From: Camelus ferus
Lineage: Eukaryota
Direction of reading: 5' to 3'
Length of the DNA stretch: 64,000 nt
Assembly: GCF_009834535.1 (NCBI RefSeq)
Contig: NC_045696.1
Coordinates: 55,492,001 to 55,556,000, forward strand
Both the position numbers and the translations under genes were made by a program. Positions 1 through 14,141 of the stretch are shown piece after piece (the stretch's first letter is position 1; every line of letters starts with the position of its first letter). The notes beneath the pieces were generated by a model, which worked only from the letters and a program-made list of their open reading frames with translations, had not been told where the DNA came from and did no database searches.

Positions 1-1727
1 GCAACCCCAATGTAAGCTCCACTGAGCTCCAAAAACATGCACCTTCTCAGAATAGAGGTCACAGGCTCAGTGGGTCCCTAAAGCACAGCGACTCTTGAGA
101 GGAAGCAAGAGGAAAGGGGAATGTGAGGCAAGTATACGCTATTTTTCATGAAATTTTTTTTTAAAGTCTGCTGTTAGATGTAGTCCAAAACAATTCAAAT
201 ATTATTCAATCATGGATATTTACACACCTATTAGCCATAACTAATCCACACAGGGACCACTTATCCTAACACCACTGTTGTGGGACAGGCCCAATATCCA
301 CGTTATGGTGGACTGACTGTACTTTACCAGGCTCTCGTGGTAAGTGCCGGCTATCCTTCAGGACACATGATTTTACCAAAGTATGTAACAGGATTAGTTT
401 TATAACAACTTCTACTGCCTTCTAGTCATGAGCTGAGACAAGTAACTCCTTTTGTATCTCTACAGCTGAATCTATATAAGTGAAATGCAGCAATTAACCT
501 GTGAATTTAATCTAATTGTTCAACAACTATACAAGATTAAATATTAAAAAGTTTAATTTACCTGAAGAGTAATAAACTTTGAATCTAAGATCATCAACTG
601 CCATTTCATTTTATTTTATAAAAACATATCCCCTATGTCTCTATAAAATGACATTGGACAGAAGATAAAATGTTCACATATACGAGAAGAGAACGTAAAA
701 CTATCTCCTAAGAGCATTAATTGCCATTTTGTTATTAGGAAATGAACAAATTCGCAATCAGTGCCTAGCATCTGCAAGACACTATTGGGAATCAACAGAA
801 AACAAAAAAGATCTAATTATCCACCAGGTCTGGAAAAGATCGAGAACAGAGTATTTGAATACTGACAGTGTATGGAGGTAAGCAGAGGAGAAGCTCTCCA
901 TTCAAAGGCCCAGGATCCTGGGCAAGGCCCGTACAATGCACCAGCACGCAAAGTGATGAATAAGCCTCATTGAGAATAGTGGCCACGTCATGGCTGGCTG
1001 AACATTCAGTCCACAAACAGAAGGCTTCTTGTATTTGCTCGAATCAACCAGAGGAAAGTTTTAGCAAAAAGACTGTTATATTCAAATGGAAATCAGTACT
1101 TCCCAGCAAGAATGGACAATTAGCAATTCCTTAAACTGGCACTAAGAGGAAGAGCAGGGAACTGTACCAAAAACAGCACAAACAACCTATATTCCAAAAT
1201 GTGAAATTAATAAGAAAGAATATGAGAGTTATTAGCATTTTGAAAAACTCACATGGCAGACGTAAGTCTAGATGCTATGGATCTCCCAGTTGTCAACCCA
1301 CACTGGTAGATTTCACCCAAATACTTCCCTTTTAAACATCTCTTATTACGTTCATGTATAAATCATAGACTAAGATTCCAGCACACAGTTAATTTACATG
1401 GTGTTCCTTAAACATTTAGTGAAAGAGTGCAAAGCCTGTTTATATATCATTTGAATCTACATTCAAAAAGCCTTTATTCAGTAGGTTAACAGATTCTAGC
1501 AAATACCTCTTCCAGACTGGTAGGACAAAACAGTTACCACCCTCACTCCCATCTCCAAGCACTCATGCAACTTCTGATTTATGGACCTGGCTCTGTGAAT
1601 CTGATCCTGGAGCTATAATAAGTCCACGGGCTCTCAGATAAGTTACAATGACTCCATAGCCACTTTGGGATTGAAGAAAAAAAGTTCAAAGTAAAAAGAG
1701 AGGTTCAAGAAATTACACCAATCTTAA

Positions 1728-2797
1728 GCACTGATTTCTTAGATATGTACCAAAAGCACAAGCAATAAAGTAAAAAAAAATAGTTAGATTGATCAAAATT
1801 TAAAATGTCTGTGCTTCAAATGACATGACGTATAAAGTGAAATGACAGCCAACAAGAGAAAGAGAAAACATCTGTAAATCGGATGTCTGATAAGGGACTT
1901 CTATCCAGCATCTACAAAGAAACCTTAAAATTTAATAATAAAAAGACAAATAACCCAATTAAATAATGGACAAAGGTTTTGAATAAGACATTTCTCCAAA
2001 GAAAACATGCCAATGGCCAATAAGCAAATGTAAAGATGCTGAGCATTATTAGTTATTAGGAAAATGCAAAACCATAATGAGACACCACTTCAAACCCAAT
2101 AGGATGGCTACAGTAAAGACACAGTAACAAGTGTTGGTGAGAATGTGGAGAAACTGAAACCCTCATACACTGCTTGGGAGTATGGAAAATGGTGCAGCCT
2201 CTTTGGAAAACAGTTTGGCAGTTAAACAGAGAGTTGCCGCAAGATCCAGCAATTTTATTCCTGGGTATGCATCCAAGAAAAATGAAAACATGTGTCCACA
2301 CAAAAACTTGTACATAAATGTTCACAGCAGTATTCATGAGAGCCAAAAAGTGTAAACAATCCAAATGTCCACCAACTGATGAATGGATAAACAGAAATCT
2401 ATCTATCTGTATCTATACACATGTAGTATTATTATTCAGCAATCAAAAAAGGAATGAAGTTCTGATACATGCTAAAATATGGATGAACCTCAAAAACACT
2501 ATTATTAGTGAAAGAAGCCAGTCACAAATGACTGTATATTGCAGGATTCCACCGATATGAGATGTCCAGATAGGCGACTCTATAGAGACAGAAAACAGAT
2601 CAGAGGTTGCCTGGTGCTAGACTGGGTGGGAGAAATGGAAAGTGACTGTTAATGGACACAAGTTTTCTTTCTGGAGCGCTGAAAACGCTCTCAAATTACA
2701 TTATGGTGTTGGGTACACAAATTCGTAGACTGAAAAGCACTGCATACGTTAATGGGTGGATTTTCTGGTATGTAAATTTTACATACATAAATAAAGT
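1728..2797 (+). mobile_element. Old L1 (L1MB-like): ORF2 3' part and 3'UTR
   Basis: Degenerate ORF2 C-terminal peptides (MFTAVFMRAKKCKQSKCPPTDEWIN); 3'UTR ends at aataaag. Confidence 0.85.
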
Positions 2798-3059
2798 TTT
2801 TCTTTTTTATTGTGCCAAACCGCCAATCTCTTATGCACTCCTAAAAGCCATCCCTCAGGTTATCTGATATCAGGTGGGGCCAGGCGTATTTGGAGTAGAA
2901 ATATTATACTCACCTCAACTTGTGTCCATAACCTGAGCATTGGTCTAGAACTGGACTGGCTCTGGGGGCAGCAAAGGACCCAATATTTACATTCCACACA
3001 CCCTGAATTTCTAAGAATTACCAAAACTTGCAGCACTTGCTGCCAATTTTTGCTCTATT

Positions 3060-4095
3060 AACTTCAACAAACGCTGACTGAAGCCCACCATAGGCCAAGG
3101 ACTGTTTTTACAACACCAAGACAAAAGATACAGTGGGCTCAATGCCCAAGGGGTTCATAGCCTGTTAGGTCTAAGACAGACACGTATGCACATGATTCAC
3201 GTCCAGTGCTGTGTGTGCAAACTGGGATAAGTATGGTACAGAGCAGGGAGGAATCAGTTTTGTCTGGAGAGGACCCACAAATGTCTTCTAGGAATGACAA
3301 CATCTGAGCAGCACTTTAAAGGCCTGGCAGAAGGGAATGGTGTGGGAAAGGGGATGGAGGAAGGGAAGCAAACCACAGTCAAGGCGGAGAGCCTTGAGGG
3401 AATGAAAGAAATTGGGGAACAAAAAGAATGAGACTAGAATGTTAGATTAGTTGGGGGAATTAAGCCAGATCACGAAAGGTCTTATGGATGCGCTGCAAAT
3501 TTTAAACCTTACCCTAAAGGTAATGGTGAGGCACTAAAAAAGGTTTAAGCAGTGAATGAAACAACCAGATTTATTTCAGAAATATCATCCAAGTAATCTC
3601 TGATACGATGAAGACTCAGTAGGGAAAGAGTTTTCCAGCTTTTATTTACCTATGTAATTATTTTTAATGTGATTTCAAATGAAATCTTACACAAAAACCT
3701 GAGATATAAAAAAGCCAAGCTCCCCCAGTTGAAGCAGTAGTGGAAAAGAAGGTCCTGGACGATGCCCCTTTTTTTACCCTCACCACAAAGGAACCTTAGT
3801 GCTTCGGCAGAAGGTGTGGAAAACCCTGGACTAAAGAGAGGGTAAGGGGGGTCTGGAGATTCTTAGGAAGCTAGTGCAATAGTCCAGTGGAAAAATGATC
3901 AGTGCTTAAAATATGCACTAATGATGGAGAAAGACAAGAGGAGAGTCCAGAAAACTCTAAAGAGGTGTAGAGTTGACAAGACTTCATGACTTACTGAAGG
4001 TAGAAAGTGAGGAAAAAGAAGGAATCAAGGATAACCTCCGGGCTTCTAGCCTGCATGGACAGGAATAATGTCACTGATTAGAGGAAATGTACAAG
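3060..4095 (-). mobile_element. L2 LINE fragment, interrupted; resumes at ~4593-4720
   Basis: Starts with the reverse L2 3' end (ttcaacaaacgctgactgaagccc...), followed by purine-rich antisense L2 body (gtccagtgg...aggaatcaaggataac). Confidence 0.65.
3628..3830. mobile_element. Short hAT-Charlie-like non-autonomous DNA transposon inside the L2
   Basis: Imperfect terminal inverted repeats (gttttcca...tggaaaac) and a ggaaccttagtgctt...gtggaaaaccctg end typical of MER5-group elements. Confidence 0.4.
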
Positions 4096-4104
4096 AAATA
4101 CTTG

Positions 4105-4592
4105 ACTTTCCTAAAGAGATTTCAAGTCTAGTAATTCTTAGAGTTGAACTCTTCTCCCACCCCTCCTTACCTGTGCTCCAGTGTGGGGTTCCACAGCTCA
4201 GCATACGGCCCCAGCCTGGTGCCAGTGCTCGAGCCAGAAACCTGGGAATCGCCTCTGACGTCTGCTCCCCTCAGCCCCCGCATTCAGCCCATCGCCAAGT
4301 GCCACTGATTCTAACTCCAAAGTTTACTTCGTGTATCCACTTCTACCGCCACTGCCGCCACTCGTTCATGCCGCTACCATTTCACTCCTTGATGTATCCG
4401 ATAGCCTCTTAATCGGTCCCCTCACCATGATCCTTGACTCACTCCAATCCACTCTACACACAGGGATAGATAATCTTTGTAACGTGTAAAGCCTTTGATG
4501 GATTCCCACTGCACTTAATGTTTAAAAACAGAGAATATGTCTTGTTTTATTCATCCTGGCATACTCAGTACCTAGTACACTGAAAGAATGAA
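4105..4592 (+). mobile_element. L2 fragment nested in opposite orientation within another L2
   Basis: L2 sense motifs (gccagaaacctgggaatc, ccaatccactctacac) ending in a gaaagaatgaa tail. Confidence 0.6.
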
Positions 4593-6319
4593 AGACAGAG
4601 GATCAGGTCTGGGGCAAGAGGATGAGTTCAGTTCCAGGCCTGCTGGGCTTAAGGTGTCTATGGGACAGCTGTGTAGAGTTACCCTACCGGCAACTGGCAG
4701 TATGGGCCTGGACCCCAGTGACATTTGGCTCCACTATTTCAAGACTAACAGAAGTAGAGTTATCTATGGTAAACAGGACTAAGACTATTTTAGATAATCA
4801 TGAACTAAGTTAATAAAGCTTGAAGCAAGCTCAGCTTCTTAGAAAAGATTAAAGTGTCTCTCTAATCTGAAACTCTGCAGCTCTGGGTCAGGTCTAGGTT
4901 AGCATTTCAAGGACAGCAGAAACCACAGAGACAGCATTAGATTTGTGGTGGGATGTTTACAAGGAGTGATTTGGTAGCAAAGCCTGTGATGTGGCCACTT
5001 CCTTCAAACTACTTTTGCAATACCTCTGTTCTTTGATGTCCTCACCAATTTCCAAATGACTTCTCTATTAGTTAATCATAAATCATTCCTGACTCAGGGA
5101 CAGTATATCTAGGGTGGTGCCTGGAAGTCTGTATTCCGACAAGTTACACCAGGTAATTTCTCAGTCTGGAGATATCACTAAGTTAACAGTTTAGAGAACA
5201 GGTACAGAAGTTATCTTCCTTCCTCTCTCCTACTGATCCTAGAGAGCTGCCTCAGAATGTGGCTGCTTCAAGGATTTTTAGACAATAATAATTAAATGAC
5301 GACTTACTGTGGTCTTCCTATGGTACTGTGAAAAGCATTTGAGATCAAACACTGCACAAGACAAATAAACACAAAGAGCTTCCAGAGAGTTTGTAAACGC
5401 AGATGTAGAGGATACTGATTACAACCTCCTAATCCTTCTTCCTGCTTAATGTTCCCCAATACCAGTGTTTTTTAACTAGTGTATACAAACCCTGCAAGGT
5501 CACTGAGATGGTGATGGTATCATTCAACTTTTGAGTCAATGATAAAATAATTATTCAAATAGTTTAACTTTTAAAACACAACTTCTGAGAACGTCTACAT
5601 ATCCAGGAAGCATGTAGGAGGGGTCATGCTTGTGACCTGTAAGAGGGGTAGGCTTGTGACCTATTTGGCTGGTTTACTACTCAGGTGAGCACAGACAACG
5701 GCCTAGTGACTCTGACAGTACTAAGGTTTCAAACTGATTTATGTTTAGTCATGTATCATTTATTTTATATCTATAAAGAACCACTAGTTAAATACAGAAA
5801 ACATAAGAAAAACGTAAGAATTATTGAAACAGAAGTCAATAAAAAGCACAAACATTAAATCCTGCAACTTCAACTCAAGATGATTTTTACCAGCTCTGTG
5901 TATCTGGTCAAATTTATGACTTTTGACAAAATGTCTCCAATATTGCAAAATCCAATGGAGAAAAAAAAGGGAAGATACAGAAATTACAACATCAAAATTG
6001 GATTTTCATCTACAGCAAATAGAGACTGTCCCCACAATGTGTTATTTGCCAAAAAAGTACTTACAAGTTACAGCTTGCAATATTTTATCTAATATTGTAT
6101 TCAAAAAGAAAGCACCAAAATACTTTTTTAAAAAATAAAACAAAATACTAGACTTTCAACCACTGGGTAACAAAGCAAGGTTTTTATTTTCAGTGCCTCA
6201 ACACAACCTTAAACTTCAATCTGCACTTTCTATATTCACGCCCAAAAGCATGTCATCGTAAAATTTGACAAGTGGTGGTTTATTTGACATGATTAATTTA
6301 AAATAAATTCAGCAACCCT

Positions 6320-6715
6320 GTACACATGCAAAATAATGTATATATGTTTATTCATCTTAGCATTGTTTATAATAGTAAAAGATTGGAAACCACCTAAGTA
6401 TTCATGAACAGGGAAGATAAGTTACAGTACATCGATACAATGATATGTTATGCAGAGATAAAAAAATAAGGAAACATACAAAGATAGTGTGTTACGACTT
6501 GTGTAGGAAAAGGGATGGGTTATAAATGTATTTATATATGCTTGAGAAAACTCTAAAATGATACTTTTAAAAAAACTAACACTGATTGCCCTGTGAAGGA
6601 GACATACTGGAGGAATGGAGTCAAGGAAAACCTTTCAATAAAGTATTCTTTTAATAATTTTTTTAAAAATTTGAGCCACTGTGGACATATAACCTTATTT
6701 CAAGAAAGAAATGTT
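6320..6715 (+). mobile_element. Old L1 (L1ME-like) 3' fragment
   Basis: gcattgtttataatagtaaaagattggaaaccacctaag matches the L1 ORF2 end. Confidence 0.6.
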
Positions 6716-7039
6716 TAAAATAGATAATATTTTTAAAAGGTAAACCATGTGTAAGGTCATTTTTAAAAGAAATGAACACTTACAAAAATACAATCCTCAA
6801 AAACTAGGTTATACATAACCATATAGATAAAATCATTTTGTAAAGGAACTAACACAATCATGTCTGTAATTTTAAAACTGCTCAATACATGCTTGCAGGA
6901 ATCACCTGGAACATAGCAATCTCAGGGTTAATTTCATGTCACATCCTTTCTCTGGTCCATCAATGGCTGAAACAGCAACTATAGTGGGTTCCTTCATTTT
7001 CTCAGAGCAACAAGGAAAAGGCAGTATAAACATGAGCTT

Positions 7040-7243
7040 TTAAAAAAGTTTTTTTACTGAAGTGTAGTTGACTTACAGTATTAGATTCAGGTGTACAGCA
7101 AAGTGATTGTTACACATGTATATATATATATTTTTTTCTTTTCAGATTCTTTTCTATTTGTTATTACAAGAAATTGAATATAGTTCCCTGTGCTATACAG
7201 TAGTTCCTTATTTATCTATTTTATATATTATAATGCGTGTCTC
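7040..7243 (-). mobile_element. Young 5'-truncated L1 3'-end insertion
   Basis: Antisense artiodactyl-type L1 3'UTR flanked by a perfect 12-bp TSD aaacatgagctt (7028-7039; 7244-7255). Confidence 0.88.
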
Positions 7244-7949
7244 AAACATGAGCTTGACAAATCCTCCTAAGAAGTGATTGAGCAAAAGTTTTGAAAATAT
7301 TTGATTTTTCTAATCACACTGTATATCACTTATTAATTGAAAATGTCAAAAGTCTCTTCATTTATAATGCTATGTTAAATCATATATTAAATATAAACTT
7401 TATAACAATAGTACTTAATAACAGACAGTCCATTTAAGATCACTTTTATTTTAATCACATTAGCTTATATTGCCTCAAAACGACAGAATGCTTTGTAAAA
7501 AGTATTTCATATGGAGGTTCTTGAGAAACAGGGTCTCAGGTTAAAAAAAAAAAAAAAAGATGAGAACAAAGCAATGTGACTACAGTACCAGTGACCAGCT
7601 GATACCCAGTGTTGTAGGGGAACAGAAATTGCAAATCTAAAAGTACAAAACAAAATGAACAAAAAAGGTTGGCTTTCGATTCACCATCCAACTTGAAATG
7701 GATATTCCAATTATTCACTCTCACCAAGATCACAGCAGACAGACTTAAACAGTACTTCCAAAGATTTATCCTTCTTAACTCCTTTTGTCATCCTCCCCTA
7801 ACACCTCTTGGCAAATACCTCACTTTTCAGCTATTCTGGAAGAAATGCAAGGAATTCTCTCCCACACCAGAGTGTCCACTTTTTACCCATCCTTTCTCCT
7901 ATCCCACAGGAGGCAGGGTACCTCCTTCCTGGACTTAAAGCATCTCTCA

Positions 7950-8285
7950 ACCTCCACCAAGATCTTGTTTGTGCCCTCACCCAAACACTTTCCATTTCAA
8001 GTGTTCCCTTTTCTTTGGCCCCTTCCTTTGTGCCTTCAAAAAAGCAAAGATCTTTTGTTCTTTTGAAAAAACTTCCCTTGACCTTGCTGCCTCCTCCAAC
8101 TATTGTCATATTTCTCTCCTTTTTCTAGTCAAGCTGCTCAAATGGGCATTCCACGTCCATTACCTTCTTTTTCCTTCCAGATGCTTCGGCTTCAAGTCCT
8201 TACCAAAGCTCCCTGATGTCCTCCTAATCACTGAATCAACACTAAAACGGACCATCAAGCTTACCTACTCCATTTAGCATTATAT
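7950..8285 (+). mobile_element. L2 internal fragment
   Basis: Pyrimidine-rich L2-like motifs (cttgctgcctcctccaactattgtcatatttctctcc). Confidence 0.45.
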
Positions 8286-10084
8286 GGATAAGGAAGCGGA
8301 AGCTGAAACTCCTGAGGGTTTAATTTGACTAACATTATCCAGTGAATCATTGTGGGTTGGAATCTTGACAGCCTTCCATCCAAAAGAATACACATTTCTT
8401 GGTTTAAAAAAAAACCCAACTAACTAAAGCAAGATGAACCCTACTCAAGATTATTTGAGGTATCTCCACACAAAAGAAAAAGGAAAGCAACATTTATAAT
8501 CTGAAATGAAGGTCGATACAAATATAGCAACAGATACTGCAAAGCTCATTTCAGTTGACTTTGGAATGTGGCCTTGCACTTTATGAATTCTTAAACATCT
8601 AAGTCAAATAAGGAAGTTCCACTGTGAAATCTTTCCAGGAAACTCAATTTTCCTCCTCCTTTTCTCTGTTCCTGCCTCTGTCATGCATTTGTCTGCAACT
8701 TAGTCAAAATCTGAGTGTTGAAAGATCCTGCACAGAAACTCAAGAAGTAGTCAGAGAAGTAGAAAGAGAAACAGGGGAATGAGCAGCAAGGAGTTTCTAG
8801 GAGGAGGAAGCAGTCAACGGTGTTGAACGCTAACTGTGCCCATGTTCCCTGCAGATCTCTTTCAGACGTTGCTGCTCACTCTAAAGAAGTCCCTGAGACT
8901 TTCCTGAATTAGGGCTTAATCTCTTTTACAAGTAAACATGCCCATCTAGCATGAAGAGTATATATTCCTTAATCTACTTGCAATCTACTTGTGCTCAGTC
9001 TCTCAGACTATAAATTCTAGAAATCAACCAATAGCGTTAGAGTAAAACATTTGAAATTCTACTGCTAAAGCTTTCTCCCCATCCAACACCTTCTTCCGTA
9101 ACACCCTCTGAAATATCCTTAATATTACCAAAATAATAGAAGTGGTAGCAATAAATGAGGGCTTTAAACAAAGAACTGATAGGAATTAACAAAAGGTTAT
9201 TTTGTTTACACTCTTAGCTGCTCCAGGTATTTCCATTTCCACATAATTTGGAGGTTTCACAGACTTTCCTGCCTCACTTTTTACTGCTTTGTCACACTAT
9301 TTGCAGCTACCCCACAAACCGAGGAGGGCACGGCTCTACAAAAGACCTAACATCTACCTTGATGTATACAATACCTAGACTTCAAATGAAACAGACAATT
9401 TAAAAATTAAGATAATGTTTCACTGGCTAGGAAACATAAGATACTATTTTGATATGATTTGGAATATTAATTTAATAAAAATTAATAAGCAAAATGAGGT
9501 GAGGAGGGAGAAGAGGAATGAGCAAACAAGGTGAAAGAAGAGATGATGGAATGAAAGATGCAGGGAAAGTGGAGGAAGTTAGGCAGAGAAGAGGCATCCC
9601 AGAGGCTGCCCTCTGGGGCTCTCTGCTGTCAGCTAGTTTTCCTTCCTTCAGACTCCTGTTTCAGAGCCAGCTGGACTCAGAGCCAGGGGACAGCCCTGCA
9701 CAGAGTGTACCCAAGAACAGGGCTTCCCCTGGCAAAGCAGTGTGCATGAGGTCACCGAGATTCAACTGGGATTCCCAGCAGCCTTGCTTAAAAGAAATAA
9801 AGATGATAAACACAACAAGAGAGGGGCAGGCAAGAAAGATGGGAGCAATGCCCACGTTAGCCAACACCAAGGTGCTTCTCTTAATACCTCAATACTCAAT
9901 AATGGTAGCCAAAAACAGGCCATCTGGTCATCTTAAGTAAACAATTTTAAACTCAAGGAACAATACTAGTTTAAAATGAACTAAGGAGTGATTAAATTCA
10001 AACTTCTTATTTAGAAGTTATTGAGATAAAGGTACTTGGGGAAAAAAATCATCACGAGGCTTGTTTAGTATGGAACAGTAAGCT

Positions 10085-11615
10085 TCTACAAATTAATCTG
10101 CTCACAAATAACTAAAACTCTGGACAACATAGAAGAAAACAACTACTTGAGGGCTCTGGCAAGTGAACAAAAGCCAACGTGCTTGGAAGGGAAGTCTAAC
10201 ATTAGAAGATGTGGCCAGCGCGGGGCAAGTTTCAAGTTGGCAGCTTCGCCCTGAGAATAGCCACAGTCGTGGTGGTGGGGCTAAACCATTAAACTTCTAC
10301 TTAAAAAAAAAAAATCCTCTTAATGACCAGAAGAACCAGAGAAGGGAGCTCAGGGAAACCACAGCTACCAGTGAGGGAAAACCCTGAAAAGGAGAGCGCC
10401 AGAGAAGGAGAACATCCAAGTCTTTATAAACATGGCCCACGTCTGTGCAGGACAGACCAAGAGGAGTCTAAGCTGTGACGTGAGCCACCACCCGCCAAGG
10501 CCACAACATGCGGCCCAAAGTCCAACTGAAAAATTCGTCATCTTTCTGGCACCAGAGGGTGAGGGAGAAACCCTACAAAGGAGAGAGGCCAAGGGGCCAG
10601 AATTTTGTACAAATACAGCACGAGTCTGTGGCTGATCCCTGAACCACAAATGTACAAGGCAGAGCTAAGACAGCCTGATTTGATATCTGCGCCATCACCA
10701 CCACCACAGGCATGGAAGTTTGTGATTTGAGTCTAATCAAGTTAAATGCCTGCTTTCAACAGGGGAAAAAAATCAATATATTTCAGAGCAGGTAACAGAA
10801 ACAGTCTCCACAACATAACATTCAAAATGTCAAAAATAAAATCTCAAGTTACTCCACATAAAAAAAGATTAAGAAAATTTAATCTATTCTCAAAGAAAAA
10901 GATAATCAACAGATGCTCATATCTCAGTATGAAGCAGAACACTGCAACTATCATAGACCACTACACATGCATTAGAATGGTTAAAATTTGAAAAGACTGA
11001 CTGTTCCAAGTCTTGGCAATGATGGGAAACAACTAAAACTCTTACACACTGGTAGTGCAGGTTTTAAAAAAAAAAACAGGTACAAATGCTTTGTAAAGCA
11101 GTTTGGTAGTTTCTTAGAAAGTTAAACATCAACTACTCCACTTACAACTATTTACCCCAAGAGACTGAAAATGTGTATACACAAGACTTGAATTTTCCTC
11201 ACTAGGAGAATGGAAAAACAAGTTACGGTATATCCACGCAAAAGGGTTCCATTTGGCAATAGAAAGCAACAAACCAATATGTGCAGAGACATGGCAAAAT
11301 CATTACGCTGAGTGAAAGAAGCTAGGCACAAAAGCGTACATACTGTTTGATTCCATTTACAAAAATTCCATAAAATGCAAACCAACATACAGTAGCAGCA
11401 AGTGAATCAGTGGCTTCCTGAGCCTGGGGGCAGACGGAGGGAGGGATGCGAAATGAGACAGATAATCTTTAGGCAACAGTAGGAATATTCCTTATCTTGA
11501 CTGCAGTAGTGGGTTCGTGGATATGTATCACTGTCATCAAATTGCATACTTTTAAATGGATGTAGAATTTTGTACTCCAACTGTACCTTATCAAAGTGGA
11601 TTTTTTAAAAAAAAA
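10085..11615 (+). mobile_element. Old L1: 5'-end region (10085-10916) joined to ORF2 end and 3'UTR (10911-11615)
   Basis: L1M-type 5' motifs (aaaacaactacttgagggctctgg; aacataacattcaaaatgtc), then ORF2-end motifs (accactacacatgcattagaatggttaaaatt) and an A-tail at ~11607-11616. Confidence 0.6.
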
Positions 11616-12639
11616 ATCAATGCCCATCGGACGGTCTTTCTTTTGTGGTGATGAGTGAACTAGTCATAGGCAACTCACCCTCTTAGCACCTGCCACAAAA
11701 TCATGGCATCAGTAAAAGCTGTAATTATGTCAACAAAACTAAAAAACCATGTTTCATTTCCATATCAAAAATACCCTATGTAAATGGGACGTTGATTTTT
11801 AAACACTACTTCCCCATGGCGGTTGGGCGGGAAGCTACAGTTAATAAGGGCTAACTTAGCTTAATGTCCTCTCCTGGGGAGTCTCAGGTGAAAGGAAAGA
11901 GGAGCAGGGACCAATGCACTGGCCCTCCTCCCCAGATGATGGGAGAGGAGTACCCATTCCAGGAAGTGCAAGACATACCTCATCAGAATCTTTGAAGAGT
12001 CTTGAAGCCAAGAGATTATCAGAGATTCTTGGGGACCTCTGAGAAATACGGAGAAACTGGCCAACTATCAGTGGTTCAGTTTCTCAAGGCAAATTCAAGA
12101 AAAGAAAGTTGCAGAGACCTGCCATTCTTGGGAATGTTCACTATGACATTTCCCAAACCTTATGCAATTCCCAAATAAGTGCTACACTGTGATTTTACAT
12201 GCTTCATTCAATGTATTCGTAATTTATATTCCCCCCTCCAAAATAATGGTTTGGTTTAGTCTGTGCTCAGATGAGTACTATTTAACTGAAACATTTCTTC
12301 TTCTACCATGTTGTCTAGATTTCTAAGGTCTGGCCCGGTCACCAACAACAGAACTAGAATACAGACACAAAGGGCTACACTTCAGCTTTAATACAACTCT
12401 AATAACCTTTCAATTATTCACATGTATCCATATATTAATGAAACCCCCACAAATTTAAATACTTTTGTCCTTATATTTCCTTCATTCTAAGAACATACCC
12501 TCTTTACAAGTCTTCACTTTGGGGGGAAGGGAGCTTTGAAACAGCAATTATGCCAAGTTTTTAAAAGTTCCATTGAGAATATGTCTCTCTTCTTAGACTT
12601 AATTCATCACCCTGTATGAAGACTTTCACATGATCGTGA

Positions 12640-13130
12640 ACTATCATAACAGCCTCTAAACTGATCTCACGATCTCCCTCTTGGTCCATTCTCCACTCTG
12701 CTGCTAAAGTCAAATTGCCAAAAGAGCAAAGCTGAGCAAGTTACTCCTCTTGAAAGCCCTGGGAAGGCTTCCCACTGCTCACCAGGTGGTCCAGATCCCT
12801 GTGCTTGCCCCTCCTCCTGCCCCGTCTCTAGCTTCTGCTCCCCTTGAATACTACCGTCCAGCCATGCGGAACCACTCACAGCTCTCGGACTATTTTACGC
12901 CTCTATAACTCTGCTTACCTGCTCCCCTCGCCCAGAAAGGCCAGCTCTCTCGTGCCCTGTCCCCTCAATACTACCCCTTGCTTCCTGAATTTCTACTCAT
13001 CCCGCAGGATGTAGCCTCTGGACTCACTTCTGACCTCATTCCATTTCCCTTGGTGATGGACTTGTAGATCCTTTCTGCTTTCCCTTCTGTAAGTTTGGAA
13101 TAAAGGCGGCTCTATCAAAGTACTCACTTA
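12640..13130 (+). mobile_element. L2 3' region
   Basis: aacagcctctaaactgatctc...ccattctccactctgctgc...ttctactcatcc L2 motifs. Confidence 0.6.
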
Positions 13131-14107
13131 CATACAATGTGATTCCCCACACAAGTCACATTCCAGTGGGAGGTGATGTGTACATTCAAACCTCCTCACC
13201 TGCTGGGCTATTGCTTTTTATGTCCTTGGATGATTGTTAATCCCCTCGACCTAACTATAAGATACAGGAGAGAAACGGGGCTTCTAATAGGGACAGGGAG
13301 GCCATAAAACCCTTAGTAATAAAACAATTTGCCTAGAAAATTTTGTAAATTGAAAATATAAGACTGTACTGATTCTTCTGACAAAGTTTATTAAACATCT
13401 ACTATGTGCCAGCCACAGTGCTAGATTTTAAGGCCACAGCATTGCACTAAATAATTTATAAATACAGGCAACTTACAGAAACAAAGACCTTTACTACTGA
13501 AAGGTACGTTAGAGACCACTGGGTCTAGTCCATGCATTTGATGGTAGAAGTATCTTGCCGAAATTCACACAACTAGACGCAAAGGTAAGATACAAGAAAC
13601 TTCAGACACCTAATGTCTCTTTCCTATTCTTTTCCACCAATTTGAAGGAATTTTGAGTAATAAGACATTAAACACTGTTTTGGTTTAAGACCCTATATAA
13701 ATCTCAACATTTTAAAATAACATTAACCTGTACGTGAAAAAAAAGTTTGACACTACATTTTCAGAAAGGAAAGCGGTGACATAAATCTAAAGGGAACAAA
13801 ATAACAGGGACCCAGAAGTGGGAGCTGAGATTCATCTAAGTCAGCAGATGACATCTATTTGCACTCGTTAGCACTGCCTGGCATGTGCTACACCACCCCC
13901 TCGGGTAATTTACATTTTTTTTTAAAGCATGTATTTCTAAATTTAGGAAGTTAGGATAATCAGGGTGGAAAAGCCCATCTGTTTGACGTTCACTCCAGCT
14001 GCTACAGATTCTGAAATGAAATTTGAGTATTTTCTTGTCTGTTTCATCTTACCCAGTCTGGAATAGGAGGACATGACAGAAGCATAAAAGTAGCTAAGGG
14101 CAGAATA

Positions 14108-14141
14108 TCATATATATATATATATACACATACACACACAC
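14108..14141. repeat. Compound (TA)n(CA)n microsatellite
   Basis: catatatatatatatatacacatacacacacaca. Confidence 0.85.

Noticed and set aside
9518..9940. 140-aa ATG ORF antisense to intron 1
   Set aside because: No recognisable domain, promoter or splice structure.
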